NCBI GenBank assembly: GCA_963769935.1
Contig: CAVYNY010000013.1
Coordinates: forward strand, 416,001-480,000
Reading direction: 5' to 3'
Length of the DNA: 64,000 nucleotides
DNA from: an uncultured delta proteobacterium
Lineage (GTDB): Bacteria; Desulfobacterota; Desulfobacteria; Desulfobacterales; JAFDCJ01
In this document: piece after piece, positions 62,264-64,000 of the stretch
Layout: each line of letters starts with the position of its first letter
Numbering within the stretch: the first letter of the stretch is position 1
Made by a program: the position numbers and the translations under genes
The notes under the pieces: generated by a model
What the model was told of the DNA's origin: nothing
Databases searched by the model: none
What the model saw: only the letters and a program-made list of their open reading frames with translations

Positions 62264-63340
62264 TTACTCGGCGTTTAACAAGATAACCAGCGCCAACAGA
62301 CCGAATAAAATGTTGGCAAGCCAGGCGGCCAATAAGGGTGGAAGCCTGCCGGCATAACCCAGCGACAGGCAAAAACTGTGCAGAACCCAGTAAAAAAAGA
62401 CCAGCACGAGGCCGCTGACGATGCTTATGAAAAAGTTTTTTTGGGTACTTCCCATAACGGCAATGCCGGTGGCGATGATACTCATAATCAAACAGACAAA
62501 CGGGTAAGCGAACTTGTTAAAAAAATCCACCCAGTAGACTGTCGTGTCATAGCCTTCCGACTCCACGTCCCGGATGAATGCATAAAGCTCCTTCACATTC
62601 ATCTCCGCCGGATTTTTAATGACGCGCATCAGGTCATCCGGCAGAAAATCGACCGGTTCAGTATGCTCTTTGAAAGATGCGACCTTGTAGCTGCCGTCCT
62701 GCTGATCCAATTTCTGCTCAATGACATTAAGAAACACCCATTGGCCATCTCTGAATACGCCTTCACGGGCATCAACTCGTTTGATCAGTCTGAAATCTTT
62801 ATCGAGATAATTCAGGGCAATCTTGAATATCATTTTTTTCTGCGGATCATAGTATGCAATATTGTAAATGGATCGATCCCCTTTGATCCATATATCTTTT
62901 TGTTTCAAGGTAACAGCGGACTTTTTTTTGACTTCCTTCCACCAGATTTGGTTGGCTTTGCTCAGGGTGACATGGACGACGAGCTCGGACAATAAAAACA
63001 AAAAGATGGTCGACGCCAGGCCGATGATCAGAGCAGGCCGTAAAAGAAAATATGTATTCACGCCGCTGCATCTCAGGGCCAGAATTTCATTGTTCTTTTT
63101 CATCAGACCCAGTGCAATCAGCACGCCCAACAAGATACTGAAGGGGGTTATTTCAGCGACCATCTGGGGCAGCTTGAGCTGGAAATAGACGCGCGCACGA
63201 GAAAGAGCAAGTCCGGCTTCAATAAAATTGTCGATTCTGCGAAAGAAATCGACGACGAGATACAGCCCTAGGGCGCCGACCAAAACTATTGCGCAAAACC
63301 TGAGAATTTCTCGTGAAACATACTTATCGATGACAGACAT
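62264..63340 (-). CDS. lptG: LPS export ABC transporter permease LptG
   Basis: IDKYVSRE, NEILALRCSG, LPPLLAAWLAN; follows lptF. Confidence 0.88.
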   Translation of the reverse strand: MSVIDKYVSREILRFCAIVLVGALGLYLVVDFFRRIDNFIEAGLALSRARVYFQLKLPQMVAEITPFSILLGVLIALGLMKKNNEILALRCSGVNTYFLLRPALIIGLASTIFLFLLSELVVHVTLSKANQIWWKEVKKKSAVTLKQKDIWIKGDRSIYNIAYYDPQKKMIFKIALNYLDKDFRLIKRVDAREGVFRDGQWVFLNVIEQKLDQQDGSYKVASFKEHTEPVDFLPDDLMRVIKNPAEMNVKELYAFIRDVESEGYDTTVYWVDFFNKFAYPFVCLIMSIIATGIAVMGSTQKNFFISIVSGLVLVFFYWVLHSFCLSLGYAGRLPPLLAAWLANILFGLLALVILLNAE

Positions 63341-63367
63341 AACAACGCACCCAACCGCACCCGCAGA

Positions 63368-64000
63368 TCACAGTCTTTTAAACCATGCCGGCAGTCGCTG
63401 GAATTGTCTTGCAAGAACATCCAATTTGATCGTCCGCTCTTTGGCCGTCCGAAGAATTAGATACAACGCCACGGCCCCGGTCACCACGTTGGGCAGCCAC
63501 ATACCAAAGACCGGCGGCAAGGTACCGGATTCTCCGAGAATCTTGCCCGCCGATAAAAGCAGATTATAAAACAGAAACAGAAAAAGACCCAGGATCAAAC
63601 CGAATGTCCTGTTGGTGGACCTTGACCTTGATTGCACCCCCAGCGGCAATGCGATCAGCCCGAGAGTGAAGCAGGCAAACGGCAGGGCAAATTTACGGTG
63701 CAACTCCAGCAGCACCTTATAGTAGATTTCATCTTTTACCGGCGGCGTTTGGATAAATTGCCGCAGCTCGCCCAGGCTCATCGCCTTTTGATGGATGCGC
63801 TTCTTTTTTTTATCCGGAACCGTATTTTTAGGACCGAAATTGGACGTGTATGTGCTGAAATGAATTGAACTGACGGATCCGTTCTGCAAATTGGTTCGAT
63901 GGATCGTGCCGTCAAAAAGCCTCAAGTGATGCATGCGTTTATCAGGGTCACTAAACAGACGGCCCTTCGGCGCCACAACGGTAACGAGCATATCCGGCCG
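63368..64000 (-). CDS. lptF: LPS export ABC transporter permease LptF (5' part outside the window)
   Basis: ELHRKFALPFAC, LPLG, WLPN. Confidence 0.85.
   Translation of the reverse strand, partial: RPDMLVTVVAPKGRLFSDPDKRMHHLRLFDGTIHRTNLQNGSVSSIHFSTYTSNFGPKNTVPDKKKKRIHQKAMSLGELRQFIQTPPVKDEIYYKVLLELHRKFALPFACFTLGLIALPLGVQSRSRSTNRTFGLILGLFLFLFYNLLLSAGKILGESGTLPPVFGMWLPNVVTGAVALYLILRTAKERTIKLDVLARQFQRLPAWFKRL

Overview
64 kb of a bacterial chromosome; gene content and intergenic repeats suggest Desulfobacterota (Desulfobacterales-like), probably a long-read or metagenome assembly with residual indels. The flanks (about 1-24 kb and 51.7-64 kb) are mostly housekeeping and stress genes: a sigma54-promoted dksA/HU cluster, recD2, gmhB, rlpA, lon, two Hsp20s, a non-primary sigma70, a Phd-VapC pair, a CoA-disulfide reductase and lptFG. 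The middle (about 24-51 kb) is a mosaic with two RND efflux operons, two MscS channels, an OPT transporter, orphan nuoFG and truncated hydrogenase and aminotransferase remnants. The standout is a two-gene unit at 25469-28121: a B12-binding radical SAM enzyme followed by a protein with five D-(WV/VM)-E-P-A-H repeats. The first repeat is missed by the ORF track because it lies behind a -1 frameshift at an A_AAA_AAG run just after the likely start codon. This is a candidate undescribed post-translational modification (RiPP-like) system. No rRNA, tRNA, CRISPR array or transposase was recognised. All calls come from reading the sequence, not from database searches.
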